64,000 nucleotides of DNA from an uncultured archaeon (GTDB lineage: Archaea > Thermoproteota > Nitrososphaeria > Nitrososphaerales > Gagatemarchaeaceae). The translations under genes were made by a program, and so were the position numbers. This document shows positions 30,110-40,552 of the stretch, in pieces (position 1 is the first letter of the stretch; each line of letters starts with the position of its first letter). The stretch lies in contig CAWFOU010000007.1 in assembly GCA_963817525.1 (NCBI GenBank), positions 512,001-576,000 of the forward strand. Direction: 5' to 3'. Under the pieces are notes generated by a model, which was given only the letters and a program-made list of their open reading frames with translations, searched no databases and was not told where the DNA came from.

Positions 30110-30278
30110 TCTATGGGACGAGAAAGACTCGGAGGCGATAGAGGAGGAAGTCAAGCAGAAGCGCTCTTGAGGTACGAAGTAAGGCTCTCGAAAAAAGCTG
30201 ATCGAGAACTTGCCTCGCTCGAGCAGTCAACTAGGTCGAGGATGGCGATATTAGAGGAACTACTCAGGAGGTTATGAC
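30110..30278 (+). pseudogene. Remnant RelBE pair: antitoxin tail plus truncated RelE N-terminus
   Basis: LWDEKDSEAIEEEVKQKRS* overlapping LRYEVRLSKKADRELASLEQSTRSR. Confidence 0.55.
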
Positions 30279-30482
30279 TTGGGCTTTGCCCTTGGCCATC
30301 GCCTGGACCATCATTGGCACCACCTTGCTGGCGTTGAGGACCTCGAAGAAGAGAGGCCTCCCCTTTGAGTCCACGTGCATGACCACGTCTCCGACCTCCC
30401 ATGCATGAGATAGCTTCCCCTTGTCCTTCAGAAGCACCAGCAGGACGTCGGCGTCTGAATCGTACTTCAGCTTATAGGTCAT
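30264..30482 (-). CDS. DUF2283-type antitoxin-like protein; upstream partner reduced to a tail
   Basis: YDSDADVLLV...VDSKGR...EVLNAS; overlapping upstream HIVVITFYP remnant. Confidence 0.75.
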   Translation of the reverse strand: MTYKLKYDSDADVLLVLLKDKGKLSHAWEVGDVVMHVDSKGRPLFFEVLNASKVVPMMVQAMAKGKAQVITS

Positions 30483-30567
30483 TGTCTTTTCTCTTCACGG
30501 GATAGAAGGTTATCACAACTATATGCCTTTGCGCTCTTCGTGAACCACCCGGAGCGCGAACTTTCCA

Positions 30568-30630
30568 GCGCTATTTCATGTTCTTGATGGTGGCTAGGTC
30601 CTCGTTGAACGACCGCTCGAGCATCTGCTT
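30568..30630 (-). pseudogene. 3' fragment of a paralog of gene 51921..52331
   Basis: 63 bp matching 51918-51980 with 5 mismatches. Confidence 0.8.
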
Positions 30631-30642
30631 CCGAAAAGACCT

Positions 30643-31011
30643 TCATGGAGGGGCCTTTGGGATGAACTTGAGAGATATGGAGTTGGCACAGTGCCTGGTG
30701 TTCTTCGTTGTGAGCCCCTCTCCCAGGAAGACGTGGCCAAGATGTGCGCCGCAATTCGCGCACTCGATCTCCGTCCTCTGTCCGTCCGCGTCTGGGATCC
30801 TCTTGACCGAGCCCGGTATCTCGTCGTCGAAGGCCGGCCAACCGCACCTCGCGTCGAACTTGTCTTCAGAGCGGTAGAGGGGCGCCTCGCACCTCCTGCA
30901 GACGTACGTCCCGGGCTTGAAGTTGCGCTCGTACTCGCCGGAGAAGGGCCTCTCGGTTCCTTTGCGGACTATGACCCTCTCCTCTTCCGGAGACAGCTCG
31001 TTCATCTTCAA
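30643..31011 (-). CDS. msrB: Methionine-R-sulfoxide reductase
   Basis: GTERPF, CGWPAF, HLGHVF, RHCANS. Confidence 0.95.
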   Translation of the reverse strand: MKMNELSPEEERVIVRKGTERPFSGEYERNFKPGTYVCRRCEAPLYRSEDKFDARCGWPAFDDEIPGSVKRIPDADGQRTEIECANCGAHLGHVFLGEGLTTKNTRHCANSISLKFIPKAPP

Positions 31012-31089
31012 TTGTCCTCGCCTCGGTGTTTTTCACGGCGGTGTCTATTAAACGCGGCCGGCCGAGCAGAGAAGGCTTCGAGATAGTCC

Positions 31090-31917
31090 TTAGGGTTCGT
31101 CCGTGGGGTCCCAGACCGTGTGCAGGTCCTCGCCGAGGGCGTCGAGCTTGGACATGTCTGCCGGGGAGATCTCAAAGTCGAAGACCTCGCTGTTCTCCTT
31201 AATCCTCTCGGGGTGGGTCGACTTTGGGATGACGACGAGCCCGTGCTGCAGGCCCCACCGGATCATGACCTGGGCCGGGCTCTTGGAGCACTTTTTGGCG
31301 ACGGCGAGGACCACGGGGTGGTCGAGCTTGTGCCCGCGGGTCAGGGGGCTGTAGGCCTCGAGCTGTATCCCCTTGCCTTCGCAGAAGCGTAGCAGCTCCC
31401 TCTGGTAGAGGAAAGGGTTGAACTCGACCTGGTCGACGGCGGGGGTGACGTCCGAGCCGCCCAGCAGCTCCTGGATGTGCCTGACGGTGTAGTTGCTCAC
31501 GCCTATGGCCCGGCACGAGCCCCGCCGCTGGAGCTCCACGAGCGCCTTCCAGGTCTCGGCCCTGAGCTCAGGGACCGGCCAGTGGATCAGGTAGAGGTCG
31601 ATGTAGCCCAACCCGAGCCGGCGCAGGCTCTTGTCGCAGGCGGACAGGGCGGAATCGTAGCCGTGGTCGCTGTTCCAGAGCTTCGTGGTGATGAAGACCT
31701 GCTCGCGTGGCACCCCGCTGTCCCTGACCCCCCTCCCGACGTCCTCCTCGTTCCCGTAGAGGCTCGCCGTGTCGAGGTGCCGGTAGCCCACCTTCAGGGC
31801 GTACTTCACGGCCTCCTGGGTGGCCCTCCCGAGCGGCGTCTGGAACACTCCCAGCCCGAGCACGGGTATCTCCGTGCCCGAGTTGAGCTTCCTAGTGGAC
31901 GTGATTGTTAGAGCCAC
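31090..31917 (-). CDS. Aldo/keto reductase
   Basis: GYRHLDTA..YGNE, TTKLW, LYLIHWP, IGVSN, IPKS. Confidence 0.93.
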   Translation of the reverse strand: MALTITSTRKLNSGTEIPVLGLGVFQTPLGRATQEAVKYALKVGYRHLDTASLYGNEEDVGRGVRDSGVPREQVFITTKLWNSDHGYDSALSACDKSLRRLGLGYIDLYLIHWPVPELRAETWKALVELQRRGSCRAIGVSNYTVRHIQELLGGSDVTPAVDQVEFNPFLYQRELLRFCEGKGIQLEAYSPLTRGHKLDHPVVLAVAKKCSKSPAQVMIRWGLQHGLVVIPKSTHPERIKENSEVFDFEISPADMSKLDALGEDLHTVWDPTDEP

Positions 31918-32129
31918 GGCATGTTCGCCAAGCCGGCGGAGTTCTCCCCGACCTTAAACCAATCGAGCCAATTAGCTGCCGATTGATTTGGTAGGTCGCC
32001 TGGCCGATGGGAGTGACATCCTCAACATCGCATGTGCAATAGGGAGACATTCGGTCTACTCGGCCAAGCAGGCCGTCGAGACTGGATTAGGTTGGAGACT
32101 TGGCAATCCGACAGGTCCTCAGGGGGGCC

Positions 32130-34460
32130 CTAGGGAGCGAATGAGGGCGGGGCGTCCTGGGAACTGCTCCCCCACTTCGAGGGGGTGCTCCCGAGCGTGA
32201 AGTTCAGCATCGCGCCGTCTTGCAGCGCGGTCCACGGGACCCAGAGACTCGAGGTCGGGGTCCCGTCCAGCTCTAGGCTCTGCACATACGGCTGCGAGGC
32301 CCCGGTCCCGTCGACCTGCAAGGTGTGCCCTCCGGAGAGGTTCACGGTCATCGAGGGGAAGAGCGGGCTCCCGACCACGAACCCTCCTACCCCCGCAATC
32401 TCGGGGTAGAGACCCATCACCGCGAAGATGTACCACGAGGACATCTCTCCGCCGTCGTCGTTCCCCGGCATCCCTTCCGGCGAGTCGTACCAGAACTGGG
32501 TCTCGATCTGCCGGACCACGCTCTGCGTCTCTGCGGGGGCCTGCGCAAAGTCGAACTCCCACGGTACCTCCACGGTCGGCTCGTTCCCTATCCAGATTCC
32601 AAGGCTGTCAGGGCCCGCGTTGAGCTGCGAGACGGAGAGTTCGAGGCGACCCAGAGCAGTGGAGTTGCCCCCCATCGCGGAGAAGAGCCCTCGCAGGTCG
32701 TAGGTCACCAGCCAGGTGTACTGTGCCGCGTCCCCCTCCTCGAAGCCGTTCTGGCTGGTAGGGCTGAAACCGGCGGCCCATGTCCCGTTGGCGTCGCGGG
32801 GCTGGACGTAGCCGCTGGTCGCGTTGAAGACGTTCACCCAGTTTGCGGAGCGCTGAAGGTACTCGTCGTAGACTGCCGTGTTCCCGAGCTCCTTCGCGAA
32901 CTGCGCGATGGCAAAGTCGTCGGTGGCGTACTCCAGGGTGACCGAGGCCGTCGGGAGGCTCGGATAGATGTCGGCCGGGACGTATCCCAGCTTGACGTAG
33001 TACGAGTAGCCCTCGCGCTCGTTGGCCTGCCCGTTCAGCATCGCCTCGAAGGCCGCCCCCGTGTCGAAGTCCGTCGCCCCAAAGGCGTACGCCTCGGCGA
33101 CGTCCGCGTCCGCGGAGTCGCCGGTTTCCCCGTGCGAGTCCACGTTGGCCTGCTCCCACCGCGGAAGGGAGCCGTCGCCCTGCTGGGCGTCGTTCACGAG
33201 CGACTGGATGATGTCGCTAACGGCGGATGGGTCGAGGATCGAGAGCAGCTGGATCTGCGTGCGGTAGTCATCCCAGCCGGCGATGTTCTCGTACTGGAGG
33301 TGCCCCGGCGGGACGGTGTGGACCTTCCCGTCGAAGCCGATGTACTGACCGTTGTCGTCGTTGAAGACGTTGGGTTGGAAGAAGATGTGGTAGAGAGCCG
33401 TGTAGAAGGTCGCGGTCTCGTTGTAGGTGCCTCCAGAGACGAGGATGGAGTTCAACCGCGCGTTCCAGGCATCGGCAGCGCTCTGGGCGACGGCCTCCAG
33501 GTTGAAGCCGGCGTACTCGTCGGAGAGGTTCACCCGCGCGTTCGCCACGCTGACGAACGATAGGGCGACCTGGAGGTTCACCACGTGTTCGGACATCGTG
33601 TCGAAGACGAGGTAAGCGCCAGCGTGCTGGCCGCTGCTCGAGGTCGAGCCCTCACTGATCGAGCTCCCGTTCCAAGTCCCGTAGCTGTTGAAGGGCCTGT
33701 CGAACTTTGCGACGAAGTATACCTGATACGGCTGGTATCCGCATCCCACGACGCTGACCGCGGTCCCGGTGACCTCGTCCTGGGACGGGAGGACATTCAC
33801 CTCCGAGTATGAGTTACCGTTGATGCTCCCCCCTGCGTTGATGATCAGCGTCGAGAGGGTCGACGGAGGATAGATGAAGCGGCCCACGCCCGTGTGGGGC
33901 GTTGCGCTCAACTCGGCAGTTACGTTGGGCCCATCGAGGTGAACCTCGTAGTAGCCTGGACGCGCCGTCTCATTGGCGTGCGAGAATGGCGAATAGTAAT
34001 AGGAGGCGTTCAGCGCGGGAGAGACAGAAAACTGCCCGACGTAGGGCATGAACGGAAAGTCCTGGTAGACCTCGCACCCCCTCCCGCTGAAATGCGTCAG
34101 GCTCAGGCCTTTGATCGTCGAGTCCCCGTAGAAGTAACCCCCTGGAGGGTTGGTGGGGGTGTCGGGGCTCCACTGGACCATCCCCATAGGGTAGGCAGCC
34201 CCAGGGAAGACGTCTCCTCCGCAGGCACCCCCGCAGGGAGGGCTCGGGCTGTTGCCCGTCCCGATGAACGGGTTGACATACTGTGTAAGGTTCTCGAGGG
34301 GGGCGCCGCTCGACGTGGTGGAGCCTCCGGGCGCAGGATAGACGACCGACATCGCGGGCCCGAGGGAGCTGCTCACTGACTGCACGAAGACCACCCCGAT
34401 TAGGAGGACCGCAACGAGCGCCGCGAAGAGAACAGCCGTGCGCTGACCGATTCTGCGCAT
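32130..34460 (-). CDS. Secreted GH92 alpha-mannosidase-like glycoside hydrolase
   Basis: YVNPFIGT, PGAAYPMGMVQWSPDT, GFEEG..QY, GNEP, PGNDDGGEMSSWY; signal peptide. Confidence 0.92.
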   Translation of the reverse strand: MRRIGQRTAVLFAALVAVLLIGVVFVQSVSSSLGPAMSVVYPAPGGSTTSSGAPLENLTQYVNPFIGTGNSPSPPCGGACGGDVFPGAAYPMGMVQWSPDTPTNPPGGYFYGDSTIKGLSLTHFSGRGCEVYQDFPFMPYVGQFSVSPALNASYYYSPFSHANETARPGYYEVHLDGPNVTAELSATPHTGVGRFIYPPSTLSTLIINAGGSINGNSYSEVNVLPSQDEVTGTAVSVVGCGYQPYQVYFVAKFDRPFNSYGTWNGSSISEGSTSSSGQHAGAYLVFDTMSEHVVNLQVALSFVSVANARVNLSDEYAGFNLEAVAQSAADAWNARLNSILVSGGTYNETATFYTALYHIFFQPNVFNDDNGQYIGFDGKVHTVPPGHLQYENIAGWDDYRTQIQLLSILDPSAVSDIIQSLVNDAQQGDGSLPRWEQANVDSHGETGDSADADVAEAYAFGATDFDTGAAFEAMLNGQANEREGYSYYVKLGYVPADIYPSLPTASVTLEYATDDFAIAQFAKELGNTAVYDEYLQRSANWVNVFNATSGYVQPRDANGTWAAGFSPTSQNGFEEGDAAQYTWLVTYDLRGLFSAMGGNSTALGRLELSVSQLNAGPDSLGIWIGNEPTVEVPWEFDFAQAPAETQSVVRQIETQFWYDSPEGMPGNDDGGEMSSWYIFAVMGLYPEIAGVGGFVVGSPLFPSMTVNLSGGHTLQVDGTGASQPYVQSLELDGTPTSSLWVPWTALQDGAMLNFTLGSTPSKWGSSSQDAPPSFAP

Positions 34461-34663
34461 GTGACCTCTGCATGGAAGGGGGAGGTCGCGATATTTAGCT
34501 CTAGAAAAAAGTGGGAAGATCGCGCCCTCGTTTTGGCCACCTCGAGCGGCTCCCGCAGCGAGCTGGCTACGCGCCCTCGAGGACATGCAGGTTTATCCGA
34601 GCACTGTGGAATACGTCCTCAGATAGTACTGCCCATCCTTGGGGCGAGCGCTTGAGCCGGGGA

Positions 34664-35440
34664 TCAGGGGTTGAGGTCGCATATCACGGCGTTGCAATCC
34701 ACCGGCGTGACCTGTATGCCGATCATGCCGCTCACCTGCGAGTAGACCTGTCCCTCCCCTATGTAGCAGCCGGCGCGGTATCCATGGAGAGCGAAATAAG
34801 GTCCGGTCTCGTTCGATTGCACGAACGAATAACCCACGGCGAACGGGAAGTCGACCCCGCACACCACTGGACCGAGGTATCCAACGTCCAGGAAGTAGAA
34901 GCCCTTCGCGTCTGCGTCGGCTATCACCACGAACGCGACCGTCTTCTGCATCGGATGGGTCGCCCCACCGATGGTGATGCTGGTCTGGTTGGGCACAATA
35001 ACCACGTGGGCCGAGACGTTGGTGTACGACTCGCCGTTGCGGACGAAGTAGGTCTGGACGGTCAACCCTCCTGTGCAGTCCGAGCAGAGGCCGATGGTCG
35101 TGCTGTGCGTGGAGTTGGTCGTGAAGAAGGTCACGCAGATCTGTCCCACGCTCTTCGCAGGCATTGTCAGAATCCCGAGCGAACCGTTTGTGGACTGAGA
35201 ATTCTTCGTAGAGTCCAGACCGGAGTAGGGAGTCACGTCAGAGCAGCCCTGGATTTCCGGCGCGGTCACAGTCGAGTTCCCCGTTATCGAGCTTTCAGCA
35301 CCTGCCCGGAGTGAGGCTGTGCTCACAACTGGGTTTGCCCGAGGAGGAGGATAAAGCGCGATCCCGACGGCCACCAGAGCTATGAGCCCGATAGCCGCAC
35401 CAACGAGCCACATTCTCCGCCTTGGACGGGCGTCGGACAT
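34664..35440 (-). CDS. Secreted Cys-rich hypothetical protein
   Basis: RRR followed by hydrophobic signal segment. Confidence 0.6.
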   Translation of the reverse strand: MSDARPRRRMWLVGAAIGLIALVAVGIALYPPPRANPVVSTASLRAGAESSITGNSTVTAPEIQGCSDVTPYSGLDSTKNSQSTNGSLGILTMPAKSVGQICVTFFTTNSTHSTTIGLCSDCTGGLTVQTYFVRNGESYTNVSAHVVIVPNQTSITIGGATHPMQKTVAFVVIADADAKGFYFLDVGYLGPVVCGVDFPFAVGYSFVQSNETGPYFALHGYRAGCYIGEGQVYSQVSGMIGIQVTPVDCNAVICDLNP

Positions 35441-35772
35441 CCAGAGTCCCTGGAGAATCTATCTCGAGACGCGAAATAATAAGTCTCCCATGACGCGGCC
35501 GACTCGCGGCCTCGTCTGTCTCCTTCCGTAGACTCTAACGATTTCGGGATGGCCTTCGCGCCCGTGCCGACCAAGGCCTTGGCCTCCTGAGGCCCAACAC
35601 GCTCATCACCGACTCCTTGAAGTCGAGTAGCTCCTGCAGCTGCTTGTCACTCGCCGAGAGCCTCTCCTTCATCTCCAGTTTTTCGAGCTTCTCGTGGTCC
35701 AGGTCCGCCCTAAGCATCTCGATGCGCGCGAGAGTTCATTAGGGGTGCCTGTGTTCGAAGGAAGATGAGACA

Positions 35773-36114
35773 TTGAGCCTTCCAGAAGGGGGTTTCAACT
35801 TCCTTGACCAGCTCTCGGCGCTGCGATTTGGGAAAGACTCGCGGCTCCTCGTGGAGTGGTCCGACATCATCGAGAGGAAGGCCAAGGAGGCGGGCGGCTT
35901 CTCGTCCATCAGGTTCAAGGGCTCCGTCAACGACAAGGACGAGTTCGTCCTTGACATGGACGCGCCGACTCCCGACGCCACCCTTCGCGTGCTCCAGGCG
36001 ATAGAGAGTTGCCTCGACCTCATGCCCGGGGAGGCAAAGGAGTTCTACGCCGCCCTGATGGACGCAGTGGCTTCCGACGCGGAGAAGAGAGACGAGGCTG
36101 AAAAGAGCTCGTGA
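35773..36114 (+). CDS. Hypothetical protein
   Basis: 113-aa ORF with host-like codons. Confidence 0.55.
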   Translation: MSLPEGGFNFLDQLSALRFGKDSRLLVEWSDIIERKAKEAGGFSSIRFKGSVNDKDEFVLDMDAPTPDATLRVLQAIESCLDLMPGEAKEFYAALMDAVASDAEKRDEAEKSS

Positions 36115-36176
36115 CTCGGCGAGCCAAGCCAGCCCTCGACCAGAGCCTGCGCGATGGCCCGCTAAGGTAAGCAGCG

Positions 36177-36209
36177 GGTGAATAGATTAACTGAATCCTA
36201 GCTATTCGT
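36177..36209. repeat. 33-bp direct repeat, left copy
   Basis: GGTGAATAGATTAACTGAATCCTAGCTATTCGT, identical to 40060-40092. Confidence 0.95.
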
Positions 36210-36391
36210 GAAAAAATAGATTTCGCCGCTGTCCGGGCTCGAGCACTCCCACTTACCGCCCGGGCACAGGGGGCGTCCAAACAAGAAGCATGCCGACGAA
36301 AGCGGGCGTCCCGAGGCCCAGGCGAGGCTTTTGTGCTGAACGAAAACGAAGAGAGGAGGCCCCCTTGGAAGGGGGTGCTGGTTGTTGCCTC

Positions 36392-38848
36392 CTAGGAGGT
36401 GGGCTTCCTGCCGCGCATGGCAAGATAGCCCGAGACGATGATGAAGATCACGGCGACTGCCGCGACTCCATAGAGCGCTGTGGAGTTGGACGATGATGTG
36501 ACTGTTGTCGTTGAGACTAAGGTGGAGACCGCGGTTGTGGTTGAGACTGAGACGGCCACCGTGCTGACGGAAGTTGTTGTGGTAGTGCTGACGACCGTAG
36601 TGGTCGATGCGGAAGACGACGGGAAGCTCGTCAAGGTCAACGCCAGGATGTCGCCGGGCGTCGATCCTGGACATGTCGAGATGGCCTCAAAGCTGCAAGT
36701 CCCCATAGGTACGAGGATGTACTCCTGGCCGCTGTCGGACGCGCCTATCGCCACGCCCACGTCCATCGGTGCCCCGATGTAGTAGTCCCTCACGAGCTGG
36801 CCCGTCTGCGCGTTGAGCATCAGGATGTCTCCCGACGACAGAGTCAGGTAGACGACGTTGCCGCTCACGTCGGTCTGGCCGCGGTATCCTTGGCAACATG
36901 GAACTGCGTGCTCCCAGACTATCTTGCCCGTCAAGGCGTTGATGCCCCACGTCGTGGCGTTGTCGGTGATGGTCCCGCAAGAGGGGCACGGCTGACCGCC
37001 GATGCCTGCGTCATTCTTGTTCGCGTACGTGCTCGAGTTTATTGGAACGTATCCAGAATAGGATGGGACGAGGTGCGACGTAGCGAAGATCATGTTCGTC
37101 GCTGGGTCGTATGACTGTTCGTCCTCGAAGCCCGCTAGTTCGGACGGCCACATCAGGAACGGAGGCTGTGGGCCTGTTACGCAGGTGAGGGTGAAGGTTG
37201 GCGCGCAGTTGGTCATGGCGGATGCGAAGTCGAAGTCCATCTGAGACTCGTTGAGCGGGTTGAACATGTAGCAGACGGGGCACCTGCTCGACCCGGGCGC
37301 TTCTGTCCCCGCGGGCGGGTCCCACGCCCAGATGAGGTTGCCGGTGACGGCGTTCATCTCGTACAGGTAGCCGTTCTTGCACGTCTTGAGGAGGACCTCG
37401 GTGTTGACGCCGCTGATGGTCTCGTTGGCCATCCCCCAGTACCACGAGCAGTCGTAGTCCCACAGCTCGTGCGCGTTGGCCTGGAAGGCCCATATCCAAG
37501 CGCCCGTCGTTACGTTGAGCGCCATGAACGAGCCAGACCAGAGGTCCGGTCCAGGGGTGCACGCGCTGGCGTACGGGTCCTTGTTGTTGGTGCCCACGAA
37601 GACCATCCCCGCAGACTGGCCGGAGCCGACTATCCATTGTCCGCCCCATCCTTCGCCCGTCGAGCCGGTGGAGGCGCCGCCGTCCATTGCCTGGCACGAT
37701 GGCGATTGGTCGACATATCCCCAGTCGTTGTAGAGTGTCGCGTTGAGCTGGGTCGGCGAAAGGGCCTTCCAGTTGACGACGATGTCGTTGTTCACGTTCT
37801 GGAGGACGCCGCCCGCGACCTCTTCCGGCGTGGTGTACCCGTTGGTGGAGCCGTTCTCGCCTGGGTAGAAAGTGGCTGCGGCACTCATGTTGTCGATCAT
37901 CTGGATGTCGAAGTAGGGGTCAGCTGCGACCCCACTGAGGGGTTGCGGAGGCGTGGTGAACGTGATCCACTTCATGGTCGGCGGGTTGGTGTCGAGGTTC
38001 CACCCTGCGAAGAAGCCCCTGGCGGTGTTCGTCGCGCTGTTCCCGCTCATGCCGCTGACGAGGATTCCATCCTGCTGGTTGATGGCTATGTTGGAGTTGC
38101 CTTCAGTGTCATAGATGCTCGTCGGGCTGTTGCCCGGCACCATGCTGAGACCGGTGTAGGTGCTGAAGTTCAGCTCCTCGGTGCCCTTGAGGGCGTTGAG
38201 GGCATAGACGTCGTTGTTGCCAGCTTGGAACCAGAACGTCGGCCCGCTCACTCCGCTCCCGAAGGTCGCGGTCGTGAACGTCTCGGTGCCGTCGTGCGAG
38301 TGGATGACGATTGGACCCTCGCCCTTTCCATTGGTCGCGTTGAGGGTGAGGGGCGTGTGGAATGTCCAGAGGACGTCACCGTTGGCGAGGTTGAAGGTGA
38401 TGACCTCGTCAAACTGGGTTATCACGATGGCTGTGCCGTTGACTATGAGAGGGTCTACGCCGACGCCGGTGGTGCTGAGCTCAAAGGCGGACGAGAGCGC
38501 AGTCGGCACCGCCGGCAGCGGGTAGATCCAGCTCAGCCCCAAGTACTGGACGTTCGAGCTGTTGATCTGGTTCTGTGGATTGTAGTCCTGGCCGAAGGCG
38601 TTGCCGTTCGGGAACCCCCAGTTGGCCTCCGCCTGCGCAGTTGCAGGCTGGGCCGCGACGGGTGCCGCGGCCGAGGTCGTTGCCGTGTTGGGGGCGGCTG
38701 CTGCGGGGCTCAGAATGACCGACGCGCCTATCCCTGAGACGATGAAAAGGAGGCTGAGCGCGATTGCGCGGATTGACTTGTTGCTAAGTGCCTTCTTCAT
38801 GCTTTTCGTAAACTCGTTTCCCGTTCCCTTCGCGGCAGACTTCGGCAT
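36392..38848 (-). CDS. Secreted, C-terminally anchored PQQ-dependent dehydrogenase-like beta-propeller
   Basis: QINSSNV..L..SW, WDYDC, KNGYLYEMNAVTG, Trp-docking repeats; Ser/Thr linker and TM tail; start may be 38800. Confidence 0.85.
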   Translation of the reverse strand: MPKSAAKGTGNEFTKSMKKALSNKSIRAIALSLLFIVSGIGASVILSPAAAAPNTATTSAAAPVAAQPATAQAEANWGFPNGNAFGQDYNPQNQINSSNVQYLGLSWIYPLPAVPTALSSAFELSTTGVGVDPLIVNGTAIVITQFDEVITFNLANGDVLWTFHTPLTLNATNGKGEGPIVIHSHDGTETFTTATFGSGVSGPTFWFQAGNNDVYALNALKGTEELNFSTYTGLSMVPGNSPTSIYDTEGNSNIAINQQDGILVSGMSGNSATNTARGFFAGWNLDTNPPTMKWITFTTPPQPLSGVAADPYFDIQMIDNMSAAATFYPGENGSTNGYTTPEEVAGGVLQNVNNDIVVNWKALSPTQLNATLYNDWGYVDQSPSCQAMDGGASTGSTGEGWGGQWIVGSGQSAGMVFVGTNNKDPYASACTPGPDLWSGSFMALNVTTGAWIWAFQANAHELWDYDCSWYWGMANETISGVNTEVLLKTCKNGYLYEMNAVTGNLIWAWDPPAGTEAPGSSRCPVCYMFNPLNESQMDFDFASAMTNCAPTFTLTCVTGPQPPFLMWPSELAGFEDEQSYDPATNMIFATSHLVPSYSGYVPINSSTYANKNDAGIGGQPCPSCGTITDNATTWGINALTGKIVWEHAVPCCQGYRGQTDVSGNVVYLTLSSGDILMLNAQTGQLVRDYYIGAPMDVGVAIGASDSGQEYILVPMGTCSFEAISTCPGSTPGDILALTLTSFPSSSASTTTVVSTTTTTSVSTVAVSVSTTTAVSTLVSTTTVTSSSNSTALYGVAAVAVIFIIVSGYLAMRGRKPTS

Positions 38849-38967
38849 ACGTCTAGAACGAGCTAACTAGAAACCTAATATCTGGGCACCCCGTGATAGT
38901 TGGCGATTCGGAAAGATGAGCATAGAAACATACCATTCCCGAAATTGCTCTTGGTCAATGTGACACA

Positions 38968-39936
38968 ATGGCTCTGGACAGCGTAGACGTCAAGATTCTG
39001 GAACAGCTATATCGAGGTGCGTGCCGAATAGACTTTCAGCCCGACCTGAGGGGCTTCTCCGGGAGAATCGCGAAGAACCTCGCACTTAATGAAGAGACGG
39101 TCAGAAAGCGCGTTAAGAGGTTGGAATCTGCGGGAGTAATACGGGGGTGGCGAATCTTCGTTTATCCAGATGTGTTCCGCCTGGAGACTTACTGCGTCTG
39201 GATTACGGTCCATCCACGGATGCGATTCGAGGAAGCGGTCCGCAAAATTAGGCTTGTTCCTAATATTATGTCCATCAGCCGACAAATGGGCAACATACTT
39301 GCCGTCGCAATACTCTGCAAAAACCATGAAGAGGTCAGGGAGCGGACAGAACTCATTTGTGAATTAATGGGAGGCGAGGAACTGAGGAGTTATCTTTGGG
39401 CGGAGCCCAGAGTGAAGTGCGAACTGAAATCCGTCGATTGGCAAATCATCGACGCGCTCAAGTCAGATCCGCTTGCGAGCCATAGCATCGTGGCAGAAAG
39501 GCTTGCCCTATCGAGTAGAACTGTCACGAGAAGGATAGCGAGGCTCATTGAGAGTAACCTTTTCTTCTTTTACCTTGACATCGATTTCAGCCGCTTAGAC
39601 GGCGCGTCGTGCGTGAGTCTTTTTCTAGATTACAGTGATGAAGGATTCAAGGACCGAATCGAAAGAAGCATCTTCAAAAAGTTCGAAGACTTCGTTCTGG
39701 TGGCTGGATGGGGAAACCCGAACCATGGCTATTTCGAGTTTCTCGTTCCCAATGCCTCTTTTGCCCAGGAGATCGAGGAGTGGGCAGGAGCTCTCAGAGG
39801 GGTAATAGAAGCGAAGGTGAACTTCGTGTTTAATCGGCTGATGTTTTACGATGCGCCGGACGGAATCAAGGCCAACATGGTCAAGGAGGCTCCGACTTTG
39901 CGGGGGGCTCCTCATTACAGGGCTACACCCAATTAG
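38968..39936 (+). CDS. Tandem Lrp/AsnC-family regulator
   Basis: LDSVDVKIL..EETVRKRVKRLE; VDWQIIDALKSDP..SRTVTRRI. Confidence 0.82.
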   Translation: MALDSVDVKILEQLYRGACRIDFQPDLRGFSGRIAKNLALNEETVRKRVKRLESAGVIRGWRIFVYPDVFRLETYCVWITVHPRMRFEEAVRKIRLVPNIMSISRQMGNILAVAILCKNHEEVRERTELICELMGGEELRSYLWAEPRVKCELKSVDWQIIDALKSDPLASHSIVAERLALSSRTVTRRIARLIESNLFFFYLDIDFSRLDGASCVSLFLDYSDEGFKDRIERSIFKKFEDFVLVAGWGNPNHGYFEFLVPNASFAQEIEEWAGALRGVIEAKVNFVFNRLMFYDAPDGIKANMVKEAPTLRGAPHYRATPN

Positions 39937-40059
39937 GTGCGGATTGCGGACCGGTTATCTTCTCGTTTCACGAAACCTTCTTCGCCGACGAACGTGTCCG
40001 GCGACAACAATAAGATAAAGACAGTGGAGCGGTCCGCAGGTAACGGCCGCCGGCAAGTT

Positions 40060-40092
40060 GGTGAATAGATTAACTGAATCCTAGCTATTCGT
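40060..40092. repeat. 33-bp direct repeat, right copy
   Basis: Identical to 36177-36209. Confidence 0.95.
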
Positions 40093-40135
40093 AACAATGT
40101 GGCGTGCTGAACTGGGGCGGGCCGCAGGGCGGACC

Positions 40136-40552
40136 TTAGGAGGTTCTTCTCGGTATAGAGTCGACGACCTCGATTCCCTCGACGGCCGCGAAAGCCCGGT
40201 CATGCGTCGCTATCTTCCTGACACCGTAGAGTTTCATCGTCGCCAATATAGCGCAGTCTCGACCCCCCAAGCCATCGCCCGCATGTTCCGGCACCATCCC
40301 CAGTGCAAGGTCAGAGACGCGACCGTCTAGGTCGAAGAGGGTGAGCGTTGAAAGGTTGAGGATCGCGCTGGTCAGCTCGGCGAACTCCTCCTTGGGAAGA
40401 GATCGCAGGTAGTGAGCCACCTCGAGAAGCGTCACGTAGTTCATGGCGATTCCTTCTCGGATTGCGCCTCTCATCGTCTTCGTCACGTGCTCGTGCTCCG
40501 GGAGGCTTGAATCCAGCCAGTATATCCAGTAGTTCGAGTCGACGTAGATCAA
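40136..40552 (-). CDS. vapC: PIN-domain toxin
   Basis: YVDSN, LEV, RDC.I.A, THDRAF. Confidence 0.88.
   Translation of the reverse strand: MIYVDSNYWIYWLDSSLPEHEHVTKTMRGAIREGIAMNYVTLLEVAHYLRSLPKEEFAELTSAILNLSTLTLFDLDGRVSDLALGMVPEHAGDGLGGRDCAILATMKLYGVRKIATHDRAFAAVEGIEVVDSIPRRTS

Noticed and set aside
35535-35717. Coiled-coil scrap as an integrase C-terminal tail
   Set aside because: No R-H-R-Y catalytic motifs; cannot be supported
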